DNA of 64,000 nucleotides from Thermoproteota archaeon (lineage in GTDB: Archaea; Thermoproteota; Thermoprotei_A; EX4484-217-1; JAPDJV01), in the NCBI GenBank assembly GCA_029258925.1, contig JAPDJV010000004.1:4645-68644 (forward strand). The letters run 5' to 3'. Position numbers and translations under genes: made by a program. A model generated the notes under the pieces. That model had not been told where the DNA came from. It made no database searches and saw only the letters and a program-made list of their open reading frames with translations. Positions 40,733 to 51,289 of the stretch are shown here, one piece after another (positions within the stretch are counted from its first letter, which is position 1; each line of letters starts with the position of its first letter).

Positions 40733-41998
40733 TTACTCTTCCTTGCACCTTACACTTGGGGGTGTCCTACATATAATGGACGTTACTAGAGACGACCATA
40801 GGAGTCCTCCTAGAATAACTATTAAGGCTATCGTTGGATATATTTCCGCTCTTGGAAGACCGTATATTGCTGGAAGGAAGCTTACGACAGCTGTTGCAAG
40901 ACCCTTAGGGCTAATATTCTTCAAAATTTCACTTTCAAGTGATCCAAGCTTCAAGGCTCTGCTTACGAGATCTCCTGAAAACCACCTTACTGCTTGAAGT
41001 GTGAATAGTAAGCCTGTGCTGAACAAGCATAGATACGGGCTTAAGTACACTGCTAGGCCTAGGAATACGAAGAAGAAAGATCTTATGAGGAAAGCTATCT
41101 CGCCGTGGAATTCTATGAGCTTCTCCTTGTTTATGTTGAGCGGCTTCTCGAGGTTAAGCATTTTGCTTACTGAAACAGAGTTGCCTAGCACTAGTCCATA
41201 GATTAATGCAGATATTACTCCAGCACCTGTCCCCCCAAACGCCTCTGCTATAATATATGTTGCAAACAGGTTTGCAACTGTCAGAAGGTAATCATATCTA
41301 GCTTCTCTTATCTTATTCAATATGAACAACCATATTAGCCCCATTACGAAGCCCATTAGGAACCCTGTGCTAACAGTTGTTAGAAGAGATCTGGTTTGAA
41401 GCCATGAAGCTTTTCCCCCCATAACCATGAAGTTCACTATCATTATAGACGTAATAATGCATATTGGGTCGGTTAGCACAGACTCCAATATTAGAACATC
41501 CTTTATTTCTCCAAGCTCAAAACCCTTCTTCTCTAATCTACCAAGAATCCCTGCTAGGGGGACGACACTTATCCCAGCTGCCATGGACGATAGGAGGAGT
41601 GCCTCCAGCGAGCTTAGAGCACCCAAATCCCCCATAATACCCAGTCTTGAAACATGGTATGCGTAAAGGCTTCCAAATAGGAGAGACAGCATGAAGGTTA
41701 GCAGAGCCAGACTTATGCTCTTAGGCATCTCATGTATGAACTTGTATAAGTCTATGTTTAACCCTGCGTCAAACAATATTATTGCTATAGCAATGCAGGT
41801 CATCATCGGAGTTAGTCTCATGAAAATATCATGTGGGTAAAAGCCTAAAACAGGCCCTATAACCACGCCTAGGAGCAGGAGCCATAGGACATCGGGTATA
41901 CCTGTTTTCTCCTGCAAAGCGTGTCCAACGCTACCAACGATGATAGTGAAGCTAACTAAACTTAATATGCTCAGCGGATCTATCATATCCATCATCAA
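40733..41998 (-). CDS. Cation:proton antiporter (NhaP/CPA1 type)
   Basis: ILFDAGL, ESVLTDP, FFFVFLG, PKGLA; about 12 TM. Confidence 0.88.
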   Translation of the reverse strand: MMMDMIDPLSILSLVSFTIIVGSVGHALQEKTGIPDVLWLLLLGVVIGPVLGFYPHDIFMRLTPMMTCIAIAIILFDAGLNIDLYKFIHEMPKSISLALLTFMLSLLFGSLYAYHVSRLGIMGDLGALSSLEALLLSSMAAGISVVPLAGILGRLEKKGFELGEIKDVLILESVLTDPICIITSIMIVNFMVMGGKASWLQTRSLLTTVSTGFLMGFVMGLIWLFILNKIREARYDYLLTVANLFATYIIAEAFGGTGAGVISALIYGLVLGNSVSVSKMLNLEKPLNINKEKLIEFHGEIAFLIRSFFFVFLGLAVYLSPYLCLFSTGLLFTLQAVRWFSGDLVSRALKLGSLESEILKNISPKGLATAVVSFLPAIYGLPRAEIYPTIALIVILGGLLWSSLVTSIICRTPPSVRCKEE

Positions 41999-42245
41999 CG
42001 TCTTTAAGTTTCATAGGAAAAGTTGAGTATATAAAATATTCCACTTTAAGACTTAGGGAAAGACAATTATTATACGAGGATTTTGATTTTAAGAACCCGT
42101 ACGGCTTAACTCAGCATTATATCCTAAACCCGGCTAATGGAATTATTGGTTCAACTGTTCGAGGCTGCATGTTGCTCGAATAAATAACTTTGGTATTAGT
42201 GAACGATACATTTCACCCTTAAATACTCCTAACTAAAATAGTTCT

Positions 42246-42566
42246 GTGAAGCCAGAATCTCTCTTATTGGCTGGAATAATATCTATGGTGATTCATGTGG
42301 TGTATATCGAAATAATAGGTTATGAAGGCGAGGAGGAGTTCGACGAGGCTAAACGGGTTGTCGTTGAAGCTGTTAACAGGCTTTCGCTAGAAGACGTTTT
42401 AATAATGGAGTATTCTCCAGACAGCTTTGAGGCTACAAGCAAGTACGGTATACTTCTCTCTCCAACGATATGTATTGATGGAACAGCAATGTTCATTGGA
42501 AGAGTTCCAAGTCTAAGCGAGGTAATTGATGCATTAATTAGGTCTACCATGATGCCATATGTCTAA
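42246..42566 (+). CDS. Thioredoxin-fold small protein lacking CxxC
   Basis: KYGILLSPTICIDG..FIGRVPS C-terminal pattern of small archaeal thioredoxins. Confidence 0.6.
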   Translation: MKPESLLLAGIISMVIHVVYIEIIGYEGEEEFDEAKRVVVEAVNRLSLEDVLIMEYSPDSFEATSKYGILLSPTICIDGTAMFIGRVPSLSEVIDALIRSTMMPYV

Positions 42567-42572
42567 CTACAA

Positions 42573-43457
42573 CTATGTTCCAAGAGCTTCCCGTATCCTA
42601 TTAATTAGAGAATCATGATCATCTAGTCCAACTGTGAATCTATGGAGTTTTGGTATTGGTGGAAGCCTCCTCTTATGCTCGCTTCTGAGAATCATTCTGA
42701 GGATAGTCTTACATTTGTCAACCGGTACTTTCGAAATCCTACACGCAGTCTCCAAATCAAAACCTTTATCGACAAACAAGTACATGAACCTGTCGGCTTC
42801 ATCATAAGTGAATCCAAGCTCCCTCTCAGCAAGCTGCCCCCTCCAAAGCCTCGGACTACTAGGTTTCAATGCTATTTTCTCCGGGATACCTAAGTATAAT
42901 GCGATTCTCCTAACCTGCGTCTTGTAGAGGTCTCCTATTGGCAGGAAATCTACTCCCCCATCACCGTACTTGGTGTAGTATCCCAGTAGGATCTCGGATT
43001 TATCTCCTGTACCGCAGACAACTCCCCTCATAATGTTTGCATGGTAATATAGTATGGTCATCCTTATTCTAGCAAGCATATTCCCCCAGGCAATCCTATC
43101 TCCTCCATTCTCCCCGAGCATGCTCTTGAATGATTCAAAAATGTTCTTAACATCTATTAAACGGTATTCAACTCCAAGCCTCTTAGCTAAACCTACCGCG
43201 TCTTCAACATCTCCTTTAGGAGTTATTTCGGAATGGGGTAATATGAGAGCGTAGACCATTTCCGGTCCAACAGCTCTAGAAAGCAATGCTAGTGTTGTAG
43301 ATGAATCCACTCCACCGCTTAAACCAACAATTACCCTCTTAACTCCAGCACTCTCAACAAATTCTCTTATGAAGCTAACAACTTTCTCAACAACACGGTC
43401 AAGTTTCGGAGTATAGAGTTCCAACAAAAGATTTGTGGACTCATTCAAGTACACCAC
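42573..43457 (-). CDS. nadE: NH3-dependent NAD+ synthetase
   Basis: GLSGGVDS, ARIRM, GYYTKYGDGG, LYKTQV, SEHKR. Confidence 0.95.
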   Translation of the reverse strand: MVYLNESTNLLLELYTPKLDRVVEKVVSFIREFVESAGVKRVIVGLSGGVDSSTTLALLSRAVGPEMVYALILPHSEITPKGDVEDAVGLAKRLGVEYRLIDVKNIFESFKSMLGENGGDRIAWGNMLARIRMTILYYHANIMRGVVCGTGDKSEILLGYYTKYGDGGVDFLPIGDLYKTQVRRIALYLGIPEKIALKPSSPRLWRGQLAERELGFTYDEADRFMYLFVDKGFDLETACRISKVPVDKCKTILRMILRSEHKRRLPPIPKLHRFTVGLDDHDSLINRIREALGT

Positions 43458-43769
43458 CTAAAGTAAAGATCGTACCAAATACTTATTTGTTGAGCTATTA
43501 TATGTTAGTTACCTGGTATTATCCGTCAATAATTATGTGATGGAGTTTCTCAGCCATATACATCCTGAATGTTGTACTCATGCCCTCTATGGCAAGAATT
43601 TTGTCTACAGCATCATCACTCATATTTTCTAGATTACTCCTTAATTCGGTTCCAAGGACCTCACCTTTCACTTTAATATTGAATTGTACACTTATTAAAG
43701 TAATCCGTTTGACTATGTGAAAAATGTTTTAGCTCAAATTAATTGAATAGAACACTGTTCTAAAGGTTC

Positions 43770-44315
43770 TCAGTAGATTTCGTAGCTTGTTGTAGTAGTG
43801 TAGTGTGGTCCCCCCAAATGCATTATCGGCTTGAAGACCTTTGCGTCGAAAACGTCCACCCCTACGAAGAACTCTTTTTTAACAGCTGAACCGACTATTC
43901 TACCAATGAACAACGTGTGGTCCCCTGTTCTAATAGAGTTTTCAACTTCGCATTCAAGCCATGCAACACAATCTTCTATTAGAGGCAGACCTAGCCTCGA
44001 ACCTCTCCTGATTTTCAGGCCAGAAATCTTTAGCTTGTCTTTGTCTCTACCTGAAACAATCCCAAAAAACCTCACTTTCTCAAAAAGCTTTATATCCGGC
44101 ACGTTCACCGCGAACATCTTTGTCTCTGAGATAAGTTTGTGAGTGTATCTCTCGGGGGATATTGAGACTGCTATTAGGGGCGGGTTGTGCGAAACCGGCA
44201 TTGCCCATGCAGCGGTCATAGCATTACATTTGCCGTCAGCTCCACAAGCAGTTATTATCACTGTTAGCTTTGGGTGAAGTAATCTTATGGGGTTTGAAGG
44301 CTCGACCAAGCTCAT
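43770..44315 (-). CDS. Flavin reductase-like (FMN split barrel) protein
   Basis: NAMTAAW..PVSHNPP, SGRDKDK, AWLEC, GDHTLFIG. Confidence 0.9.
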   Translation of the reverse strand: MSLVEPSNPIRLLHPKLTVIITACGADGKCNAMTAAWAMPVSHNPPLIAVSISPERYTHKLISETKMFAVNVPDIKLFEKVRFFGIVSGRDKDKLKISGLKIRRGSRLGLPLIEDCVAWLECEVENSIRTGDHTLFIGRIVGSAVKKEFFVGVDVFDAKVFKPIMHLGGPHYTTTTSYEIY

Positions 44316-44403
44316 TGTAGCTCACTTCATTCACTATAAATAACAAATTGTAATATTTGTTTATCGCTCAGATGCAAAGACGTTCCGTATCTTAGTTCAC
44401 ATT

Positions 44404-44492
44404 CCATGAAGACTTTGAGAGGAGCTGCTCTGATAGTGTGGGGGCCCGATGATACGGCCCCAATGAGCCTAGAGGAACCTGAGGATGATGTG
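44404..44492 (+). ncRNA. Candidate box C/D-motif small RNA
   Basis: ATGAAGA 44406-12, CTGA 44430-33, GGGGCC/GGCCCC hairpin 44441-61, CTGA 44479-82, ATGATG 44485-90, in intergenic DNA. Confidence 0.35.
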
Positions 44493-44530
44493 TACTAAGG
44501 CGTGTGCGGTCTCGTCAACTCTCACCAAAG

Positions 44531-45838
44531 TTAAACCTCTCTCCTAGAGATCTGTTCTCTGTATATCGATAGGTCGCCTGTGATAACGTACGATACTGCT
44601 GAAGCTGTCAGTGCTGGTACTAGGAACGTGTAGCCACCAGTTATTTCCACCACCATTATTATAGCTGAGAGCGGCACTTTTGCGGCTCCCGAGAAGAACG
44701 AGGCCATACCTATGAGTGCATAGGCTGAGGGCTGCGACACCACATCTGGGAACAGGGAGGCAAATAGGCCTCCCAGTGTGCCCCCTATCATGGCCCCTAT
44801 GTAGAGGGATGGAGCGTAGACTCCACCGCTGCCACCTGATCCTATAGTGAGCCCTGTGGCCACCATCTTCAGGAGTGCTAGGATGCCCATCAACTCCCAC
44901 GGGCACTCGCCTTCCAGCGCGTCGGCCATGAGCTCGTAGCCCGGTCCTAGGATTTGAGGATAGCCTAGGCTTATGAGACCCAGTGCTAACGCGCCTATGA
45001 ATGGCTTGAAGTGTGGTGGCAGTTTGAGGAGCTTGAAGGCTCTGTGAATGCCGTAGAATAGTCTAACGTAGAACATGCCGGTGACGCCTACGATTAATCC
45101 TAGGAGTAGGAATAGGGCTAGTTCAACGGGATTCCTGTAAGCGTACTCCGGGTGTGATAGCAGCGGCTCCCAGCCCACTGCTGAACAGTATATTGAGTGA
45201 GCTATGACGCTACCCATGATGGAGGGCACTATGGCATCTACTTCCAAGTCCCTCCTGTAGAGGACCTCGACAGCGAACATGGCTGCTCCCAGCGGAGCCT
45301 TAAATATAGCTCCTATCCCGGCAGCTATCGAGGATACTACGAGCATCCTCCTATCCCTAACGTCAAGTCTAAGAAGACTGGCTAGGGTTGAGGCGAATGA
45401 CGCCGTTATCTGAGCTATAGGTCCCTCCTTACCAGCACTACCACCGGACCCTATGGTTAGTGCTGACGCCACCATTTTCACGAGGCCCGTCCTAAACCTC
45501 ATCATCGACCACTTCCTGTGGATAGCCCTGGTCACAGCGTCGGTGCCGTGTCCCTCAGCCTCGGGAGCCACCGTGTACACTATGAGTCCTGAGAGCAGGC
45601 CTCCAAGGCCCAGTGATGCCACTAGCCCGTAGGGATGCAGGTTTCTGAGAATGTTGAACAAGTTCTCGAGGATTGCTAATAGCGTGGTGAAGGCTAGAGC
45701 TGCTACACCACCTATAATGCCCGAGATGAGGCCGAACGCTACCCACTTCTCCAACTCCTTAAGTGTTCCAACCTTGAAGCCTAGGGAGAGCGCTAGGAAC
45801 GTCAGCCTAAGCTTAAGCCTATGATATGCTCGGCCCAA
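44531..45838 (-). CDS. ClC chloride channel/transporter without CBS domains
   Basis: GHGTD, GSAGKEGP, GGVYAPSL, EITGGY. Confidence 0.9.
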   Translation of the reverse strand: MGRAYHRLKLRLTFLALSLGFKVGTLKELEKWVAFGLISGIIGGVAALAFTTLLAILENLFNILRNLHPYGLVASLGLGGLLSGLIVYTVAPEAEGHGTDAVTRAIHRKWSMMRFRTGLVKMVASALTIGSGGSAGKEGPIAQITASFASTLASLLRLDVRDRRMLVVSSIAAGIGAIFKAPLGAAMFAVEVLYRRDLEVDAIVPSIMGSVIAHSIYCSAVGWEPLLSHPEYAYRNPVELALFLLLGLIVGVTGMFYVRLFYGIHRAFKLLKLPPHFKPFIGALALGLISLGYPQILGPGYELMADALEGECPWELMGILALLKMVATGLTIGSGGSGGVYAPSLYIGAMIGGTLGGLFASLFPDVVSQPSAYALIGMASFFSGAAKVPLSAIIMVVEITGGYTFLVPALTASAVSYVITGDLSIYREQISRREV

Positions 45839-45951
45839 CGCCTAACCCGTCCTAACACTCATTGTAATCATAACTCCCCCAAGCCTAATAAGCTCTATAG
45901 CCTAATACTGTTTAAGAGAATGCTGTAGGCTTCAGGTGGTGGTATCAAGAG

Positions 45952-46614
45952 ATGTATATGTTAATAGTTGGCGGTGGTGGCATAGGTGAGGCCCTTACTA
46001 GCAGGGTGTTGAGAGAGTATAGGGGGATCAAGGTCACCTTGATAGACATCAAGGACAAGGTTTGCGAGAGAATATCAAGAAGGTATCCAATGGTTAACGT
46101 GATCTGCGGGGACGCAACAGACCCCCACGTGCTCGAGGAAGCCGAGGTCTCGGAAGCGGACGTGTTCATAGCTGTCTCAGGAGACGACAAGGTTAACATA
46201 ATGTCGGCGCTGCTAGCAAAGAAGTTGGATGCGAAGAAGATCATAGTGAGAGTAAAGAATACTGTTTACGAGGAGCTAGCCTACATGCTTGGCATAGAGT
46301 ACGTGATAAATCCGGCTAAGAGCGCAGCAGCCCAAATAGACGCAATAATAAGGACGCCGGGACTTGTAGACCTCCTCGAGATAGCTAGGCGTGATGTCGA
46401 AATGTTCGAATTGAAGGTCGGCGAGGACTCCCAGTACGCTGGTAGGAGGCTTGCTGAGACACCACTATACTTAGACGACAACACTGCACCCGTGCTCATC
46501 TTCAGAGGGGGCGACATACTGTTGCCTAAGCCCCACATTAAGGTCGAGGTTGGCGACAAGATACTCGTGGTGAGGAAGAAGAGCGGGCTATTAAGCCACA
46601 TACTCTACAGGTAA
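45952..46614 (+). CDS. trkA: TrkA/KtrA-type RCK domain protein
   Basis: IVGGGGIG, GDAT, NIMSALLAK, C-terminal TrkA-C domain. Confidence 0.8.
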   Translation: MYMLIVGGGGIGEALTSRVLREYRGIKVTLIDIKDKVCERISRRYPMVNVICGDATDPHVLEEAEVSEADVFIAVSGDDKVNIMSALLAKKLDAKKIIVRVKNTVYEELAYMLGIEYVINPAKSAAAQIDAIIRTPGLVDLLEIARRDVEMFELKVGEDSQYAGRRLAETPLYLDDNTAPVLIFRGGDILLPKPHIKVEVGDKILVVRKKSGLLSHILYR

Positions 46615-46778
46615 TACCAAGCAAGTGGACGGGGACGATGCTTGTCGAGCCTAGGTGGAGTGCCAATGGGTGTATGCTTGAAATAATCTAGGTAACGGAG
46701 GTACTGTGTTGCCACGTATAAGTCGCACTCGTTAAACAATAAGGGAATGAAAACGGTAAAAAGATGTTGCAGAATGTG

Positions 46779-47510
46779 TTAAACGTTCACCTTTACGAGA
46801 GCGTCTAGGGTTGCCTCAGCGGCTTTCTCAACTATGTCTCTCAACTCCTCGGCAGTTGCATACCCTAGCTCCTCGACTAGGCTATCACTGACCACTAGTA
46901 GGGCTCCAGTCTTTACCCCTCTCATCCAGCCCAGGGCAAATATAGCTGCACACTCCATCTCAACAGCTATAACCCCTCTCTCAGCCCACTTCTTGACGAA
47001 CTCGGGGTCTTCGGCGTAGAAAGCATCACTGCTGAACACAGGGCCCACAACGGGGTTGAGTCCATGCTTCTTAGCATTCTCGTAGAGCAACATTGCGACC
47101 TCTGGGTGTGGTGCTGCTGGGAGGTATGCGTCGGGCGCGTACATGCCAATAGAGTTCCCACCAGGCATGTAGGCTGCTCCTGAGGCTATTACGACGTCGC
47201 CTACTTTGAGGCCCTTAACCATGCCACCGCACGTGCCCAGTCTGACCACCACCTTAGCGCCGAGCATTCTGAGCTCCTCGAAGACTAGGCTTGCTGAGGG
47301 CCCACCTATTCCGTGGACGGCTACCGACACCGGTATACCCTTATAGGTGCCAGTGTAAACAAGTAAACCCCTATTCTCGTTCACTAGCTTAGCGTCCTCA
47401 AGCATTTCAGCTACCTGTTTAACTCTAGCCGGATCACCTGCAACTACAATCCTATCAGCTACCTCCTCGGGCTTAGCCAGTATGTGGAATGGAGGCTTCT
47501 TAACCACCAA
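46779..47510 (-). CDS. Purine nucleoside phosphorylase (NP-I/DeoD type)
   Basis: GDPARV, HGIGGPS, RLGTCG, SSDAFY, VEMEC, VSD. Confidence 0.92.
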   Translation of the reverse strand: MVVKKPPFHILAKPEEVADRIVVAGDPARVKQVAEMLEDAKLVNENRGLLVYTGTYKGIPVSVAVHGIGGPSASLVFEELRMLGAKVVVRLGTCGGMVKGLKVGDVVIASGAAYMPGGNSIGMYAPDAYLPAAPHPEVAMLLYENAKKHGLNPVVGPVFSSDAFYAEDPEFVKKWAERGVIAVEMECAAIFALGWMRGVKTGALLVVSDSLVEELGYATAEELRDIVEKAAEATLDALVKVNV

Positions 47511-47901
47511 AACCCCTACACCACCGGTTAGTTTAGGTGTCTTTCTCCTTATTTTATGTTAGGGTTAAAGGAGTAGTGGTGCTAGAGCGGTTATAGCATG
47601 TACTAGGCTGCTCTCGGTGAGATCAACTGGGCTGTCTGGTCTAGGCTTGATCCGCGGGAGAATATCTTGATGCTGCCGCTGTTATTGATCCATGAAGACA
47701 AAGGACAGGGCCATGTAGTGATAGAGGAATGTCTCACTACTCCCAGACTATAGGATGCGTAGACAGGAAATCCAGAAGAAATCCAAACCGAGGAAGATAT
47801 CTAAATTTACGTGTCTCAGAGTTTTCCACGAAATGTTTGAAGAGTTGTAGAGAGCTTGTCGGGGATGCAAATGTAAATCGTGGTAGCATACTTGGCTACA
47901 T

Positions 47902-48507
47902 TCATATAAGCCAGTCCAATATTTTTCGGGATAGAATAGGCAGCATTCTTAATGTGAGGAATAGTATCAACATCAACAATAGTATTAGGAAAATTCCACT
48001 AATTGAAGAATGGAAGCTTGTTAGAAACGGGAAGTACAGTAAGTAGAGGATTATGGAGGAAGCCATGTATAAAGAGTTTCGGAACAAGACTAGAGAGTCT
48101 TCGTAACTTAACCCCTTCTTCACGCCGTACTTCCTAGCGGGGAAAATTGAGAATGTGTCGATCAGTTTCTTCAAGCTTGGGAGGGCTCTTAAAACTAGAA
48201 GCGTGAAGGCCGCGAAGAAAATTAAAGAACAAGTAACCCTAGTCTGCCAGTTCAATTCACTTGCTAATGGAATAAACACTAAGTTCCCGAAAAGCCATAT
48301 TAGGAAAGCACCTAGGAGATTATGAAAAGTCTTTGCACCGTAGGTTTTTAAACACTTTTGGAATTCTCTTATTTCCTCCTCAATCTTGTCTTCCACTTTC
48401 AATACCTCTTCACTTGAGGTTGTCGATTTAAAAAAGGTTAATTGGGGCTTATGTTTTCTTGATTCTTCTCTCAAGCTCTTCGGCCCATCTTGCTGTGTAC
48501 CTACCAA
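47902..48507 (-). CDS. Hypothetical membrane protein (4 TM), paralog of the upstream gene
   Basis: LGAFLIWLFGNLVFIPLA motif shared with 48449-49072. Confidence 0.65.
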   Translation of the reverse strand: MVGTQQDGPKSLREESRKHKPQLTFFKSTTSSEEVLKVEDKIEEEIREFQKCLKTYGAKTFHNLLGAFLIWLFGNLVFIPLASELNWQTRVTCSLIFFAAFTLLVLRALPSLKKLIDTFSIFPARKYGVKKGLSYEDSLVLFRNSLYMASSIILYLLYFPFLTSFHSSISGIFLILLLMLILFLTLRMLPILSRKILDWLI

Positions 48508-49072
48508 TTACTGTTGCGATCGCTCTGCAGCTTCTCCAGAGAGCAAAGATCCCCCATATTACTATCAGTATCAAGACTATTGCCGGGATGGCTGGATGGA
48601 TTTCGGCTAGATAGTTTGCGAACAGCAAGTACGCTAGTGACACTACAATCACGTATAGTATGCCGTCTAATGCGATTCTGTAGTTCTTGTAGGTCTCGAT
48701 ACTCACTTCCCCGCTCACTTTTCCAAAATGATATGCTAGAACTCCTGCTAAGCCGCTAGTAAGTCGCCGGATGTCGACGAAGACTGTGAAAACTATTATT
48801 GCTAAAGCAACGACAATAATAAAGCTGATGATAGAGTGCACAGGGTACCCCATGAACTCCTGCGTCATTCCCTTCGCAATTGGCAGGAAAACTAGCTCTC
48901 CGAAAACCCATATCAGTATCGCTGCAAAAACTGATAGAGCAACTCTTGCACCTACTTGCCGTAAAGCCTTTGCAGATTCAAGATACATTTCTGCCCCGAA
49001 CTCTTCTATCTTCTCCTTTCCTTCTCGCTCTTCACCAACAGTTTCCTCTTCACTCGAATTCATAATGTTCAC
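48449..49072 (-). CDS. Hypothetical membrane protein (4 TM)
   Basis: FAAILIWVFGELVFLPIA; hydrophobic segments. Confidence 0.7.
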   Translation of the reverse strand: MNIMNSSEEETVGEEREGKEKIEEFGAEMYLESAKALRQVGARVALSVFAAILIWVFGELVFLPIAKGMTQEFMGYPVHSIISFIIVVALAIIVFTVFVDIRRLTSGLAGVLAYHFGKVSGEVSIETYKNYRIALDGILYVIVVSLAYLLFANYLAEIHPAIPAIVLILIVIWGIFALWRSCRAIATVIGRYTARWAEELERRIKKT

Positions 49073-49425
49073 CTTCTAAACCGCTTTTGAAGACCAAAAT
49101 AGTACAGGTCTAGGCAAATTTACTTTAAACTCCAGATATCTGAGGCCAATAAAATATTGGGGAAACACCTTAAATACTTTTTGCGAAATTTTCAACCAAC
49201 TGATCCATTGCCTCACCATATTGCCTGAACTATCCGCAAATATTTTCATCTACCTGCATTTTCACAATGATACTGGTTACGTTTCAGTTCTTCAGGTTAA
49301 CTTCTCTACCTCTACAATTCTCTCCAGGCTGTGTGATGAGATATTATTATCAGGTAGCGTTTCCCCATATTAGAATCGAGGATTCCGTATAGACCTATAA
49401 TATTGTTGTCCTCGTTTAAGGACCA

Positions 49426-51234
49426 TTACTTTTCTTCTTCTCTAGCTTCCTCAAGTTCCTCCATGGCTTTATCGTAGGCTCTTATAATGCACTGCATTGT
49501 AACTACTCCTAAAAGCCTCTTATCGCCTCTTTCGACTACTGGTAGTATGCTTATTTGGTTCTCAACAATCCTATGCATCACGTCTAATAGGCTTTCATCC
49601 GGGTATGCTACTATCACGTTCCTGACCATTATCTCATTCACTCTAACATCTTCGAGTTTCCTATCTCTAACCTTGTAGACGTCCTCCATGGATATCACTC
49701 CTACAAGTCTGCTATCCTCGACCACCGGGACAGCTCTCACACCATGCATTCTCATTATTTCAGCTGCGTCTCTCAGAGAAATCGTTGGACTTATTGTTGG
49801 ATATCTTGTTCTCATAGCATTCCTCACCTTCAACATCCTAAGTAAGTGGATCATGTATTCGCCTACATGTGCAGGGGAGTCCGCCTTAGTTTCAACCTGT
49901 TCACTGTACATTGTATAGTCTCCTGTTAGAATATAGGCTAATGCTGTTGTAAGCATTGCTGGAAGCAGTAGGCCGTAATCTCCCGTAATTTCACTCACCA
50001 TTATCATTGCTGCTAGAGGACACTTAGATATCCCCCCGAAGAAAGCCATCATGCCCACTATGGTAAATGATATTAGAAACGACTCCCTGTCGAAAATTAT
50101 CATTGGGAATTCTCGTGCAAATATTTCTCCAAGAAGCATGCCGATAGTTGCTCCAACAGCTATTGTGGGAGTGAATATTCCACCGCTACCTCCAGACCCT
50201 ATGGTGATAGAAGTCACTATCATTTTTAATAGGAAAATCACTATCATCGCCATTATTGCCATTAGAAACGTGTTATCAAACCACGACGATACTTCTCCGT
50301 TCAACAGGTATTTTATCCAAACATATCCTCCCTCAACTATTTGTGGAACAAATATGCCCACTATCCCAACAATTAGTCCACCTATAGCTGGCTTAGCTAT
50401 CCTTGGGATTCTGAGAGACTTGAATAGTGATCTAAATCTATGGAGGAGTTGTACGTATACTATGCTCGTTACCGCGCACACTACGCCCAGTATTGTGTAG
50501 AAGAGTAGTTCGAGAGGATTCTGGAAGTATGTTTGAGGCACGAAGAATAGCGGTCTCCACCCACTGTAAGCTCCGTAAATAGAGTATCCTACAACGGACG
50601 CTATGAACGCTGGTACTAGTGCTTCAACCTCGAAGTCTCTCTTGTATAGAACTTCCATTCCGAAGAGTGCTCCCCCCAGTGGAGCCTTGAATATAGTTCC
50701 TATACCGGCTCCTAGGCCGGCAGCTATAGCTATTCTCTTACTCCTAGGATCGAGTTTAAGAATAGATGAAATTATTGAGCCGACTCCCGCACCTATCTGG
50801 CCCATTGGTCCCTCTCTTCCAACACTTCCGCCGGATCCTATGGTTAAAGCCGATGCAATGGCTTTTACTGGTGGAACTCTCGATCTTATCCCTCCTCTAG
50901 GATTATGGAATGTGGCTATGGCTGCACCAGTTCCCTCCCCCTCGGTTTCAGGTGCTATCACGTAGACTAGCAATCCTCCAAGCAGACATCCCAAGCAAGT
51001 TATTAATGGTTGCAGTAATGCTATCTCATTGTTCCACGTCGCCTCGAATGGGATTACTGGTATCCTGCTCTCCAACGACACGGTTGATATTAGCAAATGA
51101 TATTCTAAATAGTCTGTTATCTGGGAGAAAAGTATTGTTGAAACACCTATGACCAAGCCCATAAATACTCCTATTATAGCCCACTTCTCTAGGTAGCCTA
51201 GTAGTCTAACGAATCTATTATTCTTCATCAGCAT
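49426..51234 (-). CDS. ClC chloride channel/transporter with CBS pair
   Basis: GEGTG, GSVGREGP, GGIFTP, two C-terminal CBS domains. Confidence 0.92.
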   Translation of the reverse strand: MLMKNNRFVRLLGYLEKWAIIGVFMGLVIGVSTILFSQITDYLEYHLLISTVSLESRIPVIPFEATWNNEIALLQPLITCLGCLLGGLLVYVIAPETEGEGTGAAIATFHNPRGGIRSRVPPVKAIASALTIGSGGSVGREGPMGQIGAGVGSIISSILKLDPRSKRIAIAAGLGAGIGTIFKAPLGGALFGMEVLYKRDFEVEALVPAFIASVVGYSIYGAYSGWRPLFFVPQTYFQNPLELLFYTILGVVCAVTSIVYVQLLHRFRSLFKSLRIPRIAKPAIGGLIVGIVGIFVPQIVEGGYVWIKYLLNGEVSSWFDNTFLMAIMAMIVIFLLKMIVTSITIGSGGSGGIFTPTIAVGATIGMLLGEIFAREFPMIIFDRESFLISFTIVGMMAFFGGISKCPLAAMIMVSEITGDYGLLLPAMLTTALAYILTGDYTMYSEQVETKADSPAHVGEYMIHLLRMLKVRNAMRTRYPTISPTISLRDAAEIMRMHGVRAVPVVEDSRLVGVISMEDVYKVRDRKLEDVRVNEIMVRNVIVAYPDESLLDVMHRIVENQISILPVVERGDKRLLGVVTMQCIIRAYDKAMEELEEAREEEK

Positions 51235-51289
51235 CGCTTCGATCGTGATTATTTCTTCATCCTTTCAAGCTATTAGAATGTTCCATTAT

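Noticed and set aside
43500-43690. Possible Lrp/AsnC-like remnant on the minus strand (AVDKILAIEG)
   Set aside because: Similarity is too short and there is no clear start
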